Below, piece by piece: positions 50,106 through 60,466 of a DNA stretch of 64,000 nucleotides. This stretch comes from an uncultured delta proteobacterium. Lineage in GTDB: Bacteria; Desulfobacterota; Desulfobacteria; Desulfobacterales; JAHEIW01. Below the pieces are notes generated by a model. The model saw nothing but the letters and a program-made list of their open reading frames with translations. It was not told where the DNA came from and made no database searches. Each line of letters starts with the position of its first letter. Position 1 is the stretch's first letter. A program made the translations under genes and the position numbers. The stretch lies in contig CAVPNL010000002.1 of the NCBI GenBank assembly GCA_963706575.1, positions 64,001 through 128,000 on the forward strand, given 5' to 3'.

Positions 50106-51980
50106 TTGATCGATCAGAATACAATAAAAAATCTTCGCAAAAATGGCCTGCTAAGCGAGATCGATATTCATTTTGCTAGATTTATCAGCGACTTTTCAGC
50201 GGATAAAGATCCGGACATATTTTTGGCCGCTGCCCTGGTCAGCCATGCAACCGGTACGGGTGATATCTGTTTTAATTTGGAAATTGCAGCCGGCCATTTG
50301 CTCACCGGTACGAAGGACTTCAAGAAACCGATCGAATGCCCCGATCTTGATGTCTGGCTTGAAAAACTGTCAACCAGTCCGGCTGTCGGGCAGCCGGGTG
50401 AAAACTGCCCATTAATCCTGGATGATAAAAACCGGCTCTATCTGCACCGCTACTGGGATTACGAGAATTCCCTTTCAAAATCGATCAAAAAACGGGTTTA
50501 CAGCCCGGTGACTGGCCTGGATTTTAAACAGCTAAAGCAGACTCTGGATCGGTTGTTTCCCGGCGCTGACTCTCAGGAACTGAACTGGCAAAAAATTGCG
50601 GCTGCGGTTGCCAGTTTAAAACATTTCAGTGTTATAACCGGCGGACCCGGTACCGGAAAAACATTTACCGTCACCAGGATCCTGGCACTGTTGCTGGAGC
50701 AGGTGGCCGGGCAAAAGATGCAAATTTATCTGGCTGCTCCAACCGGAAAAGCAGCCGCCCGCCTAAAAGAGGCCGTTGAAGAGGCTAAAAGTCGGATGAA
50801 TTGCGAGGATTCAGTCAAAGTCGCGATCCCTTCAGAAGTATTCACCATTCACCGCATGCTCAAGTCCATAACAGGCTCGCCGTATTTCCGCCATAATCGT
50901 GAGAATCCTTTGATGGCGGATGTGGTGGTGGTTGATGAAGCCTCGATGGTCGATCTGGCCCTAATGGCCAAATTACTCGAGGCAGTCTCCGAAAATGCGC
51001 GTCTGATCCTAATCGGGGACAAGGACCAGCTGGCCTCCGTGGAGGCGGGTTCGGTTTTAGGTGATATCTGCGACCGGAATGTGATGCATGGTTTTTCAGC
51101 GCCGTTTATGAATCGCATCAAAGAAGTCACCGGTGAAGACCTTGAACATCGAGAACATGGCGTTCAAACGACGGGTGCCCAATCAGGGTTGCAGGACGCC
51201 GTTGTCGTGCTGCAAAAAAGCTACCGCTTTGCCGTCGGCAGCGGAATTGGCGATTTAAGCCGCGCGGTCAACCGTGCGGACACAGAAACTGCATTCCAGC
51301 TGCTGGCCGATGAAAATGACAAATCCATCACCTGGCAAGCCCTCAAAGCCGACGAAGGCCTGTTTGAAAATCTATCCCGCCAAATTGTATCCGGTTATCA
51401 ATCCTATCTGAAAGCCGGTGACCCGGCTTCAGCCTTGAAGCGCCTGCAGCGCTTTAAAATCCTGTGCGCCTTGAATATCGGGCCGTTGGGTGTTCAGGCC
51501 ATCAATAGACTGGCGGAGCAGGTATTACGCCGGCAGAACCTGATACAGACGCATCCGACGACAGAAAATCCGTGGTATGCCGGTCGACCCGTTTTAATCA
51601 CGCGCAACCATTACCCGCTGGGGCTGTTCAATGGCGACATCGGTGTCACCCTGCCGGATGCTGAAGCTGACGATCAATTGGCTGTTTTTTTTGCGGGTGA
51701 TAGCGGAGAAGTCCGCCGTTTCCAGCCGTATCAGCTTCCGGAACACTCAACAGTCTATGCCATGACGGTTCATAAAAGCCAGGGCTCCGAATTCGATGAA
51801 GTGCTATTCATCCTTCCGGAAAGAGATTTTCCCATCTTAACCCGCGAACTGATCTACACGGCCCTGACCCGTGCCCGTAAAAAAATCACCATCTGGGGAA
51901 ACCGCTCGATTATGCGCAAGGCGATTACCCGTCAAATCGAGCGCACCTCCGGTCTGCGAGATGCATTGTGGGGCGCTTGA
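50106..51980 (+). CDS. recD: exodeoxyribonuclease V alpha subunit
   Basis: GGPGTGKT, APTGKAAARL, VDEASMVD, GDKDQLASVEAG, TVHKSQGSEF, YTALTRA. Confidence 0.96.
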   Translation: MIDQNTIKNLRKNGLLSEIDIHFARFISDFSADKDPDIFLAAALVSHATGTGDICFNLEIAAGHLLTGTKDFKKPIECPDLDVWLEKLSTSPAVGQPGENCPLILDDKNRLYLHRYWDYENSLSKSIKKRVYSPVTGLDFKQLKQTLDRLFPGADSQELNWQKIAAAVASLKHFSVITGGPGTGKTFTVTRILALLLEQVAGQKMQIYLAAPTGKAAARLKEAVEEAKSRMNCEDSVKVAIPSEVFTIHRMLKSITGSPYFRHNRENPLMADVVVVDEASMVDLALMAKLLEAVSENARLILIGDKDQLASVEAGSVLGDICDRNVMHGFSAPFMNRIKEVTGEDLEHREHGVQTTGAQSGLQDAVVVLQKSYRFAVGSGIGDLSRAVNRADTETAFQLLADENDKSITWQALKADEGLFENLSRQIVSGYQSYLKAGDPASALKRLQRFKILCALNIGPLGVQAINRLAEQVLRRQNLIQTHPTTENPWYAGRPVLITRNHYPLGLFNGDIGVTLPDAEADDQLAVFFAGDSGEVRRFQPYQLPEHSTVYAMTVHKSQGSEFDEVLFILPERDFPILTRELIYTALTRARKKITIWGNRSIMRKAITRQIERTSGLRDALWGA

Positions 51981-52103
51981 TGACAGATGTCAGAAGCCAG
52001 AGGACGGAAGTCAGAAGACAAAGGACAGAAAGAAGCGGGTAGGGGACAGAGACCTTCGTTTTGAGTATCTGTCAAAAATGTGGCTTTAAAAATGAGGCTT
52101 GCG

Positions 52104-52580
52104 ATGAAAGCATACGAAAAAATTATTGAAAAACTTAATATGACAAAACACGATGAAGGCGGCTACTTTCGCCAGACCTACAAATCCGACTTCATCGTCC
52201 AGCCGGAGAAAGAATCATATGAGAGATCTTCCGCTACACACATTTACTATTTTTTATCGAGGGGGATGTATAGTAAATTCCATAAAGTTAAACACGATGA
52301 AATTTGGAATTTGTATGACGGCGAGGGCGTGAAACTTCATGTATATGATGATCAGAACAAAAAAGTGGATGAGCAAATTCTGTCCAAAAGTCATTTTAAG
52401 TTCCACGCCGTCGTGCAAGGCGATTTATGGCAGGCAGCCGAGCCTATCGGTGATTTTGTCCTGGTGGGCTGTACGGTAGCACCCGGCTGGGAATTGGAAG
52501 ATGAAGCATATTTAAGCGACCACCCGGAAATGATGGACAAGCTTGTTAAGCTAAGACCGGATCTAGAGCGACTTATTTAG
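52104..52580 (+). CDS. cupin domain protein (DUF985/cupin_5)
   Basis: HDEGGYFRQT, THIYYFL, SKFHKV..DEIW, VGCTVAPGW. Confidence 0.85.
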   Translation: MKAYEKIIEKLNMTKHDEGGYFRQTYKSDFIVQPEKESYERSSATHIYYFLSRGMYSKFHKVKHDEIWNLYDGEGVKLHVYDDQNKKVDEQILSKSHFKFHAVVQGDLWQAAEPIGDFVLVGCTVAPGWELEDEAYLSDHPEMMDKLVKLRPDLERLI

Positions 52581-52613
52581 AATTACTTCTTATCACTTCA
52601 AAAAGGGGATAAC

Positions 52614-53114
52614 ATGAAGAAGCTAAGCAGCAAAGGACTGAAATGGTTAAAAAGCCTCCATATTTACTCGGGCTGTGTTTGGGTCGGTTGCGCCACCGCG
52701 CTCACCATAATGCAGTTGTTTGTAAATCCTGAGGATGGGAGTGAGCTGTATGGGATTCTCTACACATTGGATTTTATTGATCTGTTTATTCTGGTGCCGG
52801 GGGCAATTGGAACGCTTTTGACTGCGTTGGTTTACTCTATATGGACCAATTGGGGCTGGTTTAAACACAATTGGATTACCGTTAAATGGATCATCTGTAT
52901 TTTTGGTATCGCATTCGGCACCTTCTGGCTAGGCCCCTGGCTCAGCGATATGGCTCATATTGCTAAAGATCAAGGGCTGAGAGCGTTATCAGATCCTGAA
53001 TATTTAAGCAATCGACAAAATTTAATTATTTTTGGAACATCTCAGGCATTGACTGTCGTTTTTGCAGCCTTTATCTCTACCTTGAAACCGTGGAGGAAAA
53101 AGAAGAAAAGGTAA
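52614..53114 (+). CDS. four-TM membrane protein (DUF2269-like)
   Basis: LKSLHI, WGWFKHNWITVKW, ISTLKPW. Confidence 0.75.
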   Translation: MKKLSSKGLKWLKSLHIYSGCVWVGCATALTIMQLFVNPEDGSELYGILYTLDFIDLFILVPGAIGTLLTALVYSIWTNWGWFKHNWITVKWIICIFGIAFGTFWLGPWLSDMAHIAKDQGLRALSDPEYLSNRQNLIIFGTSQALTVVFAAFISTLKPWRKKKKR

Positions 53115-53135
53115 ATACATTTGAGAGGTCGTAGC

Positions 53136-53729
53136 ATGAACGTATATATTCTCTTCGCCCACCCAAGTAAAACCTCCTTCAATCGACAAGTTCTTGAAGC
53201 TTTTACACAAGGTCTTCAAGATAATGGACATACGTATGATATTAAAGATTTATATGACACAAATTTCCAATCCGATATTGACCTTGATCAATATCTGCGT
53301 GAAGTTGGGCTGGATCCTGATGCGCCGGTGCCGCATGATGTTAAAATGGAACAGGAAAAAGTAAACCGAGCCGATGTTTTAGCTTTTATTTATCCCGTGT
53401 GGTGGAGCGATTGTCCGGCAAAGCTAAAGGGTTGGTTCGATAGGGTGTGGACCTATGGATATGCCTATCTCTACGATGAAAGCGAGGAAAGGCACACTAA
53501 AATTGAAATTGAAAAGGCTATAGTAATTTGTTCTGCTGGACACACCGTGGAACATCTTGAAGAAATTGGCATAGCGGAAAGTATGCGTCGTATCATGTTG
53601 AATGACCGATTGCTCGGGTTAGGTGTAAAAAGTGCCAAGATGGAGATTTTAGGGGGAATGATGCCGGGTGATAACACATTTAAAAAGATTAATTTGGAGA
53701 AAGCTTATGATCTTGGTAAGAATCTATAG
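53136..53729 (+). CDS. NAD(P)H:quinone oxidoreductase, flavodoxin-2 fold
   Basis: FAHPSKTSFN, YPVWWSDCPAKLKGWFDRV. Confidence 0.9.
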   Translation: MNVYILFAHPSKTSFNRQVLEAFTQGLQDNGHTYDIKDLYDTNFQSDIDLDQYLREVGLDPDAPVPHDVKMEQEKVNRADVLAFIYPVWWSDCPAKLKGWFDRVWTYGYAYLYDESEERHTKIEIEKAIVICSAGHTVEHLEEIGIAESMRRIMLNDRLLGLGVKSAKMEILGGMMPGDNTFKKINLEKAYDLGKNL

Positions 53730-54130
53730 ATAGCTGAAATGCGCACGTCACAGTTTGCATTTAATTATAATTTTTTTCAAAAAAATATTATCAATTTAAA
53801 AGAATGTACATTTCCAACAAATCAGAACTTTTAAAAACCGTGAAATTTTTGTGATATATTTGCATATCTGTACTTTCCATATTTTTCAGGTATTCTCAAT
53901 GTATCAGTACTTTAATTTTGTTGACACAATATAGTCTCCTATAATAATTAAACTTTAACATTGTGCTCAGATTGAACTCAATCTCACACTCATTGTTGAT
54001 CTATATAAGATCTCTCCGATCAAATTGTGCCTACCCATCCCCTACAGGGCATTTATATGTCGTGTTGGGAATTTGTATATGTTTTTACGGTCTATCAAAA
54101 TTTAATCTAATATATGAAAGGAGCGGTATC

Positions 54131-54568
54131 ATGAAAAAAACATTGATTTTGATATTTTCGCTTTTCCTTTTATCTTCCCTAAATTGCACAACCACAAAGC
54201 AAGAAACCAAGACTTTTGATCTTTCTGGCACTTGGATACTGACTGAAGATATGAAAGGGTGCGGGGGTCAAAAGAATACTTCGACAGTTGAGATAATTCA
54301 AAAAAGTGACACAGTTACAATTGTAAATAGTGAAAATAAAAAGACGCTTGGCAAGATATATAGTGACACAATAGTAATTGCAGGAATCAAAACATTAAGT
54401 AGTGAGGGCGGGATACCTATCTCCACAGAAACTCATGATCACCATTTAAAGATAAGCGAGGACGCAAACACTTTAACAGGAAAAGTCAAATTTACATTGG
54501 AAAGTGCAAGTACTGGGAACTGTGATGGTATTACAATTTTAGACTATAAAAAAAAGGCTAAAGAGTAG
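54131..54568 (+). CDS. hypothetical beta-rich lipoprotein
   Basis: MKKTLILIFSLFLLSSLNC lipobox; DLSGTW; AAGGAG RBS; AT-rich. Confidence 0.7.
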   Translation: MKKTLILIFSLFLLSSLNCTTTKQETKTFDLSGTWILTEDMKGCGGQKNTSTVEIIQKSDTVTIVNSENKKTLGKIYSDTIVIAGIKTLSSEGGIPISTETHDHHLKISEDANTLTGKVKFTLESASTGNCDGITILDYKKKAKE

Positions 54569-54652
54569 ATCTTCTTGAAATTCAAAAAAAGTTATATATT
54601 TAAATCAAAAGAAGTCCTTCATTTGTTGATAATGGCTTAAGAAAGACAGGGA

Positions 54653-54765
54653 ATGAAAGCATTAAAAATTGATAAGAACGTTGAACGCAGGATTGAAAAA
54701 CGACACGCTTGCTCCGAAGCAATTTTTTTCGCAACCCAAAGCCGACTCTATGAAGGTCAACTTAC
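54653..54765 (+). pseudogene. truncated PilZ-like gene fragment
   Basis: ERRIEKRH (RxxxR), then IFFAT...YEGQL; the expected (D/N)xSxxG is absent. Confidence 0.4.
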
Positions 54766-54810
54766 CAAACATATAAAGGATGGCATAGAGTCGGAAAGGC
54801 CGGCAGCACA

Positions 54811-54954
54811 TCAACGCCTTCCGGCGTTTTGTCTCATTCTGCGCATCTCCCATTCCTTGTATTTTTGTTGATCTTCTTCGGATAGATTTTGATTGGAAGC
54901 ACAGCTCAACAAAAAAAATAAGGCTGCCATTATAAGCGCAATGAGTTTTTTCAT
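54811..54954 (-). CDS. 47-aa lipoprotein (below ORF-track cut-off)
   Basis: hand translation MKKLIALIMAALFFLLSCASNQNLSEEDQQKYKEWEMRRMRQNAGRR; GGGAGGTG RBS; lipobox LLSC. Confidence 0.75.
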   Translation of the reverse strand: MKKLIALIMAALFFLLSCASNQNLSEEDQQKYKEWEMRRMRQNAGRR

Positions 54955-54985
54955 TTTTCACCTCCCTAACGTCCGACCCCAAAAA

Positions 54986-55168
54986 TTACCCCCGGCGAGT
55001 GCAGGATACGGTTTCGGCCAGGACAGCATGAATTTCATCCAGAAGGCGACAGGTTTGCATGCATTGCGGAAACAGCGCTCTGTAGTGACAGTTCAAGCAG
55101 GGACTCTTAACAAGGGTGCCGATTTCAAAATCGAATTGATAGTTTATTTTTTGGGTCATTGGTTTCAT
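54986..55168 (-). CDS. small Cys-rich hypothetical protein
   Basis: FDFEIGTLVKSPCLNC...PQCMQTC pattern. Confidence 0.6.
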   Translation of the reverse strand: MKPMTQKINYQFDFEIGTLVKSPCLNCHYRALFPQCMQTCRLLDEIHAVLAETVSCTRRG

Positions 55169-55386
55169 TTTCGGTATTACGATCCTTGGCAGTATCCACC
55201 ATCCATGTTCGAACCATGCCGGGGCTATGAAAAATTCCAAAGAAGCGGTTTCATACCATAAGCCAGCGTACTGCACAAGCTAAAATTTGGCCTCAAGGTT
55301 AGTTTTATAGTTTAGCACTCAACATATTATAATTATAAAATAAATTTAGCGTCCTTGCGACTTTGCGTGAGGATTTCGATTCAGTC

Positions 55387-57570
55387 TTATTCATCGCGGC
55401 TCAGAAATTTTTGATACTGCACCATTTTGGCAAAGGCACGCACAGCACGCTCCGGTGTCGGGAAAAATACACCCTTGAGTTCGTGTTTTTTATGCGGATA
55501 TACGGTTTGGTGTTTTTCATCCGGCAGCATACTGACACCAAATACCGGTTTGTCATACTTTTCCATTAAATCAATGATTTGAACGATATAATCCATTTCG
55601 AATTTTTTAAAATTTCGGTGAATTTCTTCGATAAATTCTTTCGAATAGCTGGGATCTGCCTTTAGCACTGACTCTCCGTGGCTTTTCAGTACCTGCCGGC
55701 GCCCGACAAACCCCAGATTGATCACTGCATCGCAACCATCCCATTTCAGCAGCATTTCCAAAACCGCCCGGGGCAGGGTCGGATCCCGTTCCCCCACCAG
55801 ATCAATCGGGTTGGACCGACTCCAGTAAGGCGGCAGGATTTTATCAATCTCTGCAATTATTTCGGTGGAGAGCTCGGTTACATCGAGGCCGAAATAGGCG
55901 CATAGATCGGCGGTAACCACGCCCCATCCGCCGCCCAGGGTCATTATGGCTGCGCGATTTCCTTTTGGCAGGGGCAAAGATGAAAATGCGGCTCCCAGAT
56001 CAAGCAGCGCCGTGGGCTGGTCGACTTTAACAATACCGGACTGTCGACAGACGGCATCAAACACCCGGGTGTCGGAGGTCATCGCTCCGGTGTGGCTGGC
56101 CGCTGCCCTTTTACCGGCCTGGCTTTGACCTCCCTTGAGGAGCACGATCGGCTTTTTTTTACCCACCCGGCGCGCGCTTTCAAAGAATCGCCGTCCGTTT
56201 TTGACACTTTCTACATATAACACGGCAGTGCGGGTCAAGTTGTCGACTTCCAGACCGTCCAGGTAATCTTCGATACACATCATGGCCTCATTGCCTGATC
56301 CGCAAAACCCGCGAATCCCAATGCCTTGCTGCTGGGCAAATGCCAGAAGCTGCACGCCCATATTTCCGGATTGAGAGACCATCGTGGTAGAACCGGCTCT
56401 GGGTTTTGCCGGAAAGCCGGTGCAGTAGAAATTGATATGCGGATTGCAGATGCCCATGGTGTTGGGACCCAGGATTAAAATCCCCGCCTTCCGGGCATCC
56501 GCTACCAGTTCGGCTTCCAATTTCTTTCCTTCTTCACCCGTTTCACCAAAACCGGAGGTGATCAACAGCATGTTACCGATGCCTTTTTCTTTCATTTGAG
56601 GAATCAGATCCAGAACACCGGCGGCCGGAATGGTCACAACCGCCAGATCAACCGGTTCAGGGATATCACAGACCGTTGCATAGGTTTTACGACCGGCAAT
56701 GGTGTCTGTTTTGGGATTTACCAGAAAAACGTTGCCTTCGTATCCGCCGCTGATGGTATTTACCGTAAGCATGTGTCCCCATTTACCCATTTGGGCCGAG
56801 GCACCGATAAATGCAATGGAGCTGGGATAAAATATGGCACCAATGGCATCCGGTGAAACAGGAGGTGGCAACTTCCCTGTGATTGGCGCCTCACCCGGTA
56901 TCACCAGGGCGTCCACCGCACGCAGGTGGCCATCAGATGAAGCCAGCAGGGGATTGATATCAATCTCGACGATTTCCGGAAGCTCAACGCCGATGCGGGA
57001 GAGGCCTTGGAGGGTTTGAATGATCTGCTGGCGATGAATCGCCTTTTCGCCGCGATAGTTGCCCAGCAATGCTTGTGCCCTGATTTCGGTCAGCATATCA
57101 TCTACATCGGCTTCGGTCAGCGGCGCCAGGCGAAAGGTAACATCTGCCAACGCTTCGGTAAATACGCCGCCGATACCGAACATGACCACCGGTCCAAATT
57201 GACGGTCGCGAAACAACCCTGCGACCAGCTCCCTTTTCCCCTGAATTTGGGGCTGAATCAGAAAGCCTTCCAGGTCATCTCCCGCCGATGCGCTTATAGC
57301 TTCTACGGCCTTCTCAACCGCCCGAGGAGCATTCAGGTTCAGGTGCACCAACCCTCGTTCAGTTTTATGCGCAAGTTCGGCGCCCAGTCCCTTTACCACT
57401 ACCGGATAACCGAATCTGCCGGCAGCTTCTACGGCCTCTTGCCCGTCTTGCGCTACCACTTCCTGTACAACCGGCACGCCGAATTCTTCAAGAAGTGCTT
57501 TGGCTTCGGACTCATTGATGCTGTTTTTCGTTTTATTCCGGATATCATCAATCAGTTCTTTTGCGCTCAT
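55387..57570 (-). CDS. ADP-forming acetate/acyl-CoA ligase (ATP-grasp N-terminal, CoA-binding C-terminal)
   Basis: HKTERG, FGPVVMFGIGG, DINPL; GPNTMG, SQSG, AASHTGA, NPIDL. Confidence 0.92.
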   Translation of the reverse strand: MSAKELIDDIRNKTKNSINESEAKALLEEFGVPVVQEVVAQDGQEAVEAAGRFGYPVVVKGLGAELAHKTERGLVHLNLNAPRAVEKAVEAISASAGDDLEGFLIQPQIQGKRELVAGLFRDRQFGPVVMFGIGGVFTEALADVTFRLAPLTEADVDDMLTEIRAQALLGNYRGEKAIHRQQIIQTLQGLSRIGVELPEIVEIDINPLLASSDGHLRAVDALVIPGEAPITGKLPPPVSPDAIGAIFYPSSIAFIGASAQMGKWGHMLTVNTISGGYEGNVFLVNPKTDTIAGRKTYATVCDIPEPVDLAVVTIPAAGVLDLIPQMKEKGIGNMLLITSGFGETGEEGKKLEAELVADARKAGILILGPNTMGICNPHINFYCTGFPAKPRAGSTTMVSQSGNMGVQLLAFAQQQGIGIRGFCGSGNEAMMCIEDYLDGLEVDNLTRTAVLYVESVKNGRRFFESARRVGKKKPIVLLKGGQSQAGKRAAASHTGAMTSDTRVFDAVCRQSGIVKVDQPTALLDLGAAFSSLPLPKGNRAAIMTLGGGWGVVTADLCAYFGLDVTELSTEIIAEIDKILPPYWSRSNPIDLVGERDPTLPRAVLEMLLKWDGCDAVINLGFVGRRQVLKSHGESVLKADPSYSKEFIEEIHRNFKKFEMDYIVQIIDLMEKYDKPVFGVSMLPDEKHQTVYPHKKHELKGVFFPTPERAVRAFAKMVQYQKFLSRDE

Positions 57571-57807
57571 TTGCGATCTCCGTAAATATGTATCGATTAA
57601 ATCATTCAAATATTTAAATAATTTTAATACCTTATTTTTAGGCACGAATAAAGGTAAAAAAAGAATGCCAACAGATATACCCGCAAAAAAGGATAGGTCA
57701 AGAATAATAAAGAATAATTCGAGTTTCCTTGCGAAGCGGTTTGTGGTATTCATATAAGTGTTTAATTTTTATTTGATTATTTGATTAACTACAGGAAGGG
57801 AACAAAT

Positions 57808-58275
57808 ATGCGGGTCGGAATCGGATATGACATTCACCGTCTGGCGGAGGGGCGTCCGCTGATATTGGGCGGTGTGCAAGTTGCGCATGAAAAAGGCTTG
57901 CTGGGCCATTCGGATGCCGATGTTCTGGTCCACGCCATTTGTGACGCTCTGTTGGGGGCGGCCGGTTTAGGTGATATCGGAGTGCATTTTCCCGATAGCG
58001 ACCCGCAGTACAAAGATATATCCAGTTTAAAGCTCCTGTCTAAGACCTGCCGAATGGTCACCGCCAGGGGGTTTCGTATTGTTAATCTGGATACCATTGT
58101 GTTTGCCGAAGCACCCAGATTGGGATCTCAACGGCAAGACATGCAAGCCAAGATTGCAACAGCCATGAATATCCCAGCGGAACAAATCAATATCAAGGCA
58201 ACCACCACAGAAGGCCTAGGGGTGATCGGAAAAGGGGAAGGGATCGGCGCCATGTGTGTCGTCCTGATTGAATAA
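57808..58275 (+). CDS. ispF: 2-C-methyl-D-erythritol 2,4-cyclodiphosphate synthase
   Basis: GIGYDIH, GHSDADV, GDIGVHFP, IKATTTEGLG. Confidence 0.96.
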   Translation: MRVGIGYDIHRLAEGRPLILGGVQVAHEKGLLGHSDADVLVHAICDALLGAAGLGDIGVHFPDSDPQYKDISSLKLLSKTCRMVTARGFRIVNLDTIVFAEAPRLGSQRQDMQAKIATAMNIPAEQINIKATTTEGLGVIGKGEGIGAMCVVLIE

Positions 58276-58324
58276 TGAACGAAAACCCGGATTGTCTTAG
58301 CGCAGTTGCTGATTATTTTTATTT

Positions 58325-60319
58325 ATGACCGCTTTTAATCTCGTATCCAATTTTGAACCGACCGGCGACCAACCCCAGGCCATTGAAACCCTGAGCCGTT
58401 ACATAAAGAAAGGGCACCGCAACAATGTTCTCTTAGGGGTTACCGGTTCGGGCAAGACATTTACCATCGCCCATGTGATCGCCCGGGTCAACAAGCCAAC
58501 GCTGGTGCTGGCGCCGAATAAGACCCTGGCCGCCCAGCTTTATCATGAATTCAAGCAGCTGTTCCCCGACAATGCCGTTGAATATTTTGTCAGCTACTAC
58601 GATTATTATCAGCCCGAAGCCTACATCCCATCCACCGACACCTATATCCAGAAAGATTCATCCATCAATGACATGATTGATAAACTGCGCCATTCCGCCA
58701 CGCGGTCCGTCCTGTCGCGCAGAGACATTGTGGTTGTGGCCAGCGTTTCATGTATTTTCGGGTTGGGCGCACCCGAAGATTACCTTGCCATGCGGGTGGA
58801 TATTGAAACGGGCACTGAGCTCAACCGAGATAAGCTCCTGTATGAACTCATCTCGATGCACTATGAGCGCAACGATATGGATTTCCACAGAGGGGTATTC
58901 CGGGTGCGCGGTGACCGGGTAGAAATTTTTCCAGCCTATGAAGAAGACATAGCCATTCGGATAGATTTTTTCGGGGATCAGGTTGAAGACATTGCGCTAA
59001 TTAATGCCCTGAGAGGAAAAGTGCTCAAGCGCTTGAGGCGGGCCACCGTTTTTCCGGCCAGTCATTATGTGACCTCAAGAGTAACCCGCAAACATGCTAT
59101 CGATACCATAACGGCTGAGCTCAAAAAGCGCGTCGCATATTTCCGAAATGAAAACAAATTAATTGAAGCCCAGCGCATCGAAGAGCGAACCCATTTTGAT
59201 ATGGAAATGATGCAGGAGCTCGGTTACTGCCACGGCATTGAAAATTATTCCCGACATCTAACCGGAAGAAAACCCGGTGAACCTCCGCCGACCCTTTTAA
59301 GTTATTTTCCCAAAGACTATTTATTGGTGATTGACGAAAGCCATATTGCCGTCCCCCAGCTACGGGGTATGTATCGGGGCGACCGGTCTCGCAAAAAGAC
59401 CCTGGTTGAGTATGGATTCCGCCTGCCTTCCGCACTGGATAACCGTCCGCTTAGATTCGAGGAATCCCAGGAACGCATATCCCAGGTTATATATGTATCG
59501 GCCACCCCGGCAGATTATGAGCTTTCGGAAGGCAGCGATTCATTGGTTGAGCTCATCGTTCGGCCCACCGGGTTGGTTGATCCGGAGGTGGAAGTGCGCA
59601 GTGCGCAAAATCAAGTGGACGATCTTTATGAAGAGATTTTAGGCCGCCAAAAACGCCATGAGCGGGTCCTGGTAACAACGCTCACCAAACGGATGGCTGA
59701 GGATCTGACCGAATATTATTCCGATCTCGGTATACGCGTCCGTTATCTGCATTCAGACATCAAGACGCTAGAGCGCATGGATATTATCCAGGATCTGCGA
59801 CGGGGCAAATTTGATGTGCTGGTTGGCATAAATCTGCTGCGGGAAGGGCTGGACATCCCTGAAGTTTCACTGGTGGCGATTCTGGATGCCGACAAAGAGG
59901 GATTTTTGCGGTCGGCACGATCTTTGATTCAAACCTTCGGGCGGGCTGCCAGAAACGCCCGCGGAACGGTTCTTTTATATGCGGACTCCGTCACGCGTTC
60001 CATGCAACAGGCGCTAGACGAGACCCAGCGGCGCCGAAAAATCCAGAATGCTCATAATGAAGCGCATGACATCACCCCGGAAACCATTCGCAAAGAAGTG
60101 ACTCAAATTTTTGATTTCAGACAAGAAGTTGAGACAGCGTCTCCCTATGAAGTGGCTGAAGATTTGACTCAATACAAATCACTGGACGATGTTGATGATA
60201 TGATAAAATCTCTGGACTCTGAAATGCGGGCAGCAGCCAAGGCGCTGGAGTTTGAGCGCGCGGCCGAGCTTCGTGATCAGATCAAGCGGCTGAAGAAGCT
60301 GATTGTGTTCGAATTTTGA
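58325..60319 (+). CDS. uvrB: excinuclease ABC subunit B
   Basis: [36 protein letters not shown]-terminal FERAAELRD. Confidence 0.98.
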   Translation: MTAFNLVSNFEPTGDQPQAIETLSRYIKKGHRNNVLLGVTGSGKTFTIAHVIARVNKPTLVLAPNKTLAAQLYHEFKQLFPDNAVEYFVSYYDYYQPEAYIPSTDTYIQKDSSINDMIDKLRHSATRSVLSRRDIVVVASVSCIFGLGAPEDYLAMRVDIETGTELNRDKLLYELISMHYERNDMDFHRGVFRVRGDRVEIFPAYEEDIAIRIDFFGDQVEDIALINALRGKVLKRLRRATVFPASHYVTSRVTRKHAIDTITAELKKRVAYFRNENKLIEAQRIEERTHFDMEMMQELGYCHGIENYSRHLTGRKPGEPPPTLLSYFPKDYLLVIDESHIAVPQLRGMYRGDRSRKKTLVEYGFRLPSALDNRPLRFEESQERISQVIYVSATPADYELSEGSDSLVELIVRPTGLVDPEVEVRSAQNQVDDLYEEILGRQKRHERVLVTTLTKRMAEDLTEYYSDLGIRVRYLHSDIKTLERMDIIQDLRRGKFDVLVGINLLREGLDIPEVSLVAILDADKEGFLRSARSLIQTFGRAARNARGTVLLYADSVTRSMQQALDETQRRRKIQNAHNEAHDITPETIRKEVTQIFDFRQEVETASPYEVAEDLTQYKSLDDVDDMIKSLDSEMRAAAKALEFERAAELRDQIKRLKKLIVFEF

Positions 60320-60330
60320 ACTTTAAAACT

Positions 60331-60459
60331 AATGAGCTAAAATTAAAAATGATCTAAAATGCCTAAAATTGAGGAATTCTGTCATTTTTATTAAAAGATG
60401 GAGCTAAGCGACTCCATAATTTTAGGCACTTTAGCTCATTTTAGGCATTTTAGGCACTT
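60331..60459 (+). mobile_element. family B nonamer element, full length
   Basis: left arm AATGAGCTAAAAT...AATGCCTAAAATT, core GAGGAATTCTGTCATT...GATGGAGCTAAGCGA, right arm TTTAGGCACTTTAGCTCATTTTAGGCATT. Confidence 0.8.
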
Positions 60460-60466
60460 CACAAAA

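Noticed and set aside
57571..57753. 61-aa N-terminal extension of the acyl-CoA ligase
   Set aside because: AT-rich intergenic sequence; a better start is ATG 57570 with GGAG RBS
60398..60466. N-terminal extension of UvrC (MELSDSIILGTLAHFRHFRHF)
   Set aside because: Translation of the family B repeat; probable start is 60467
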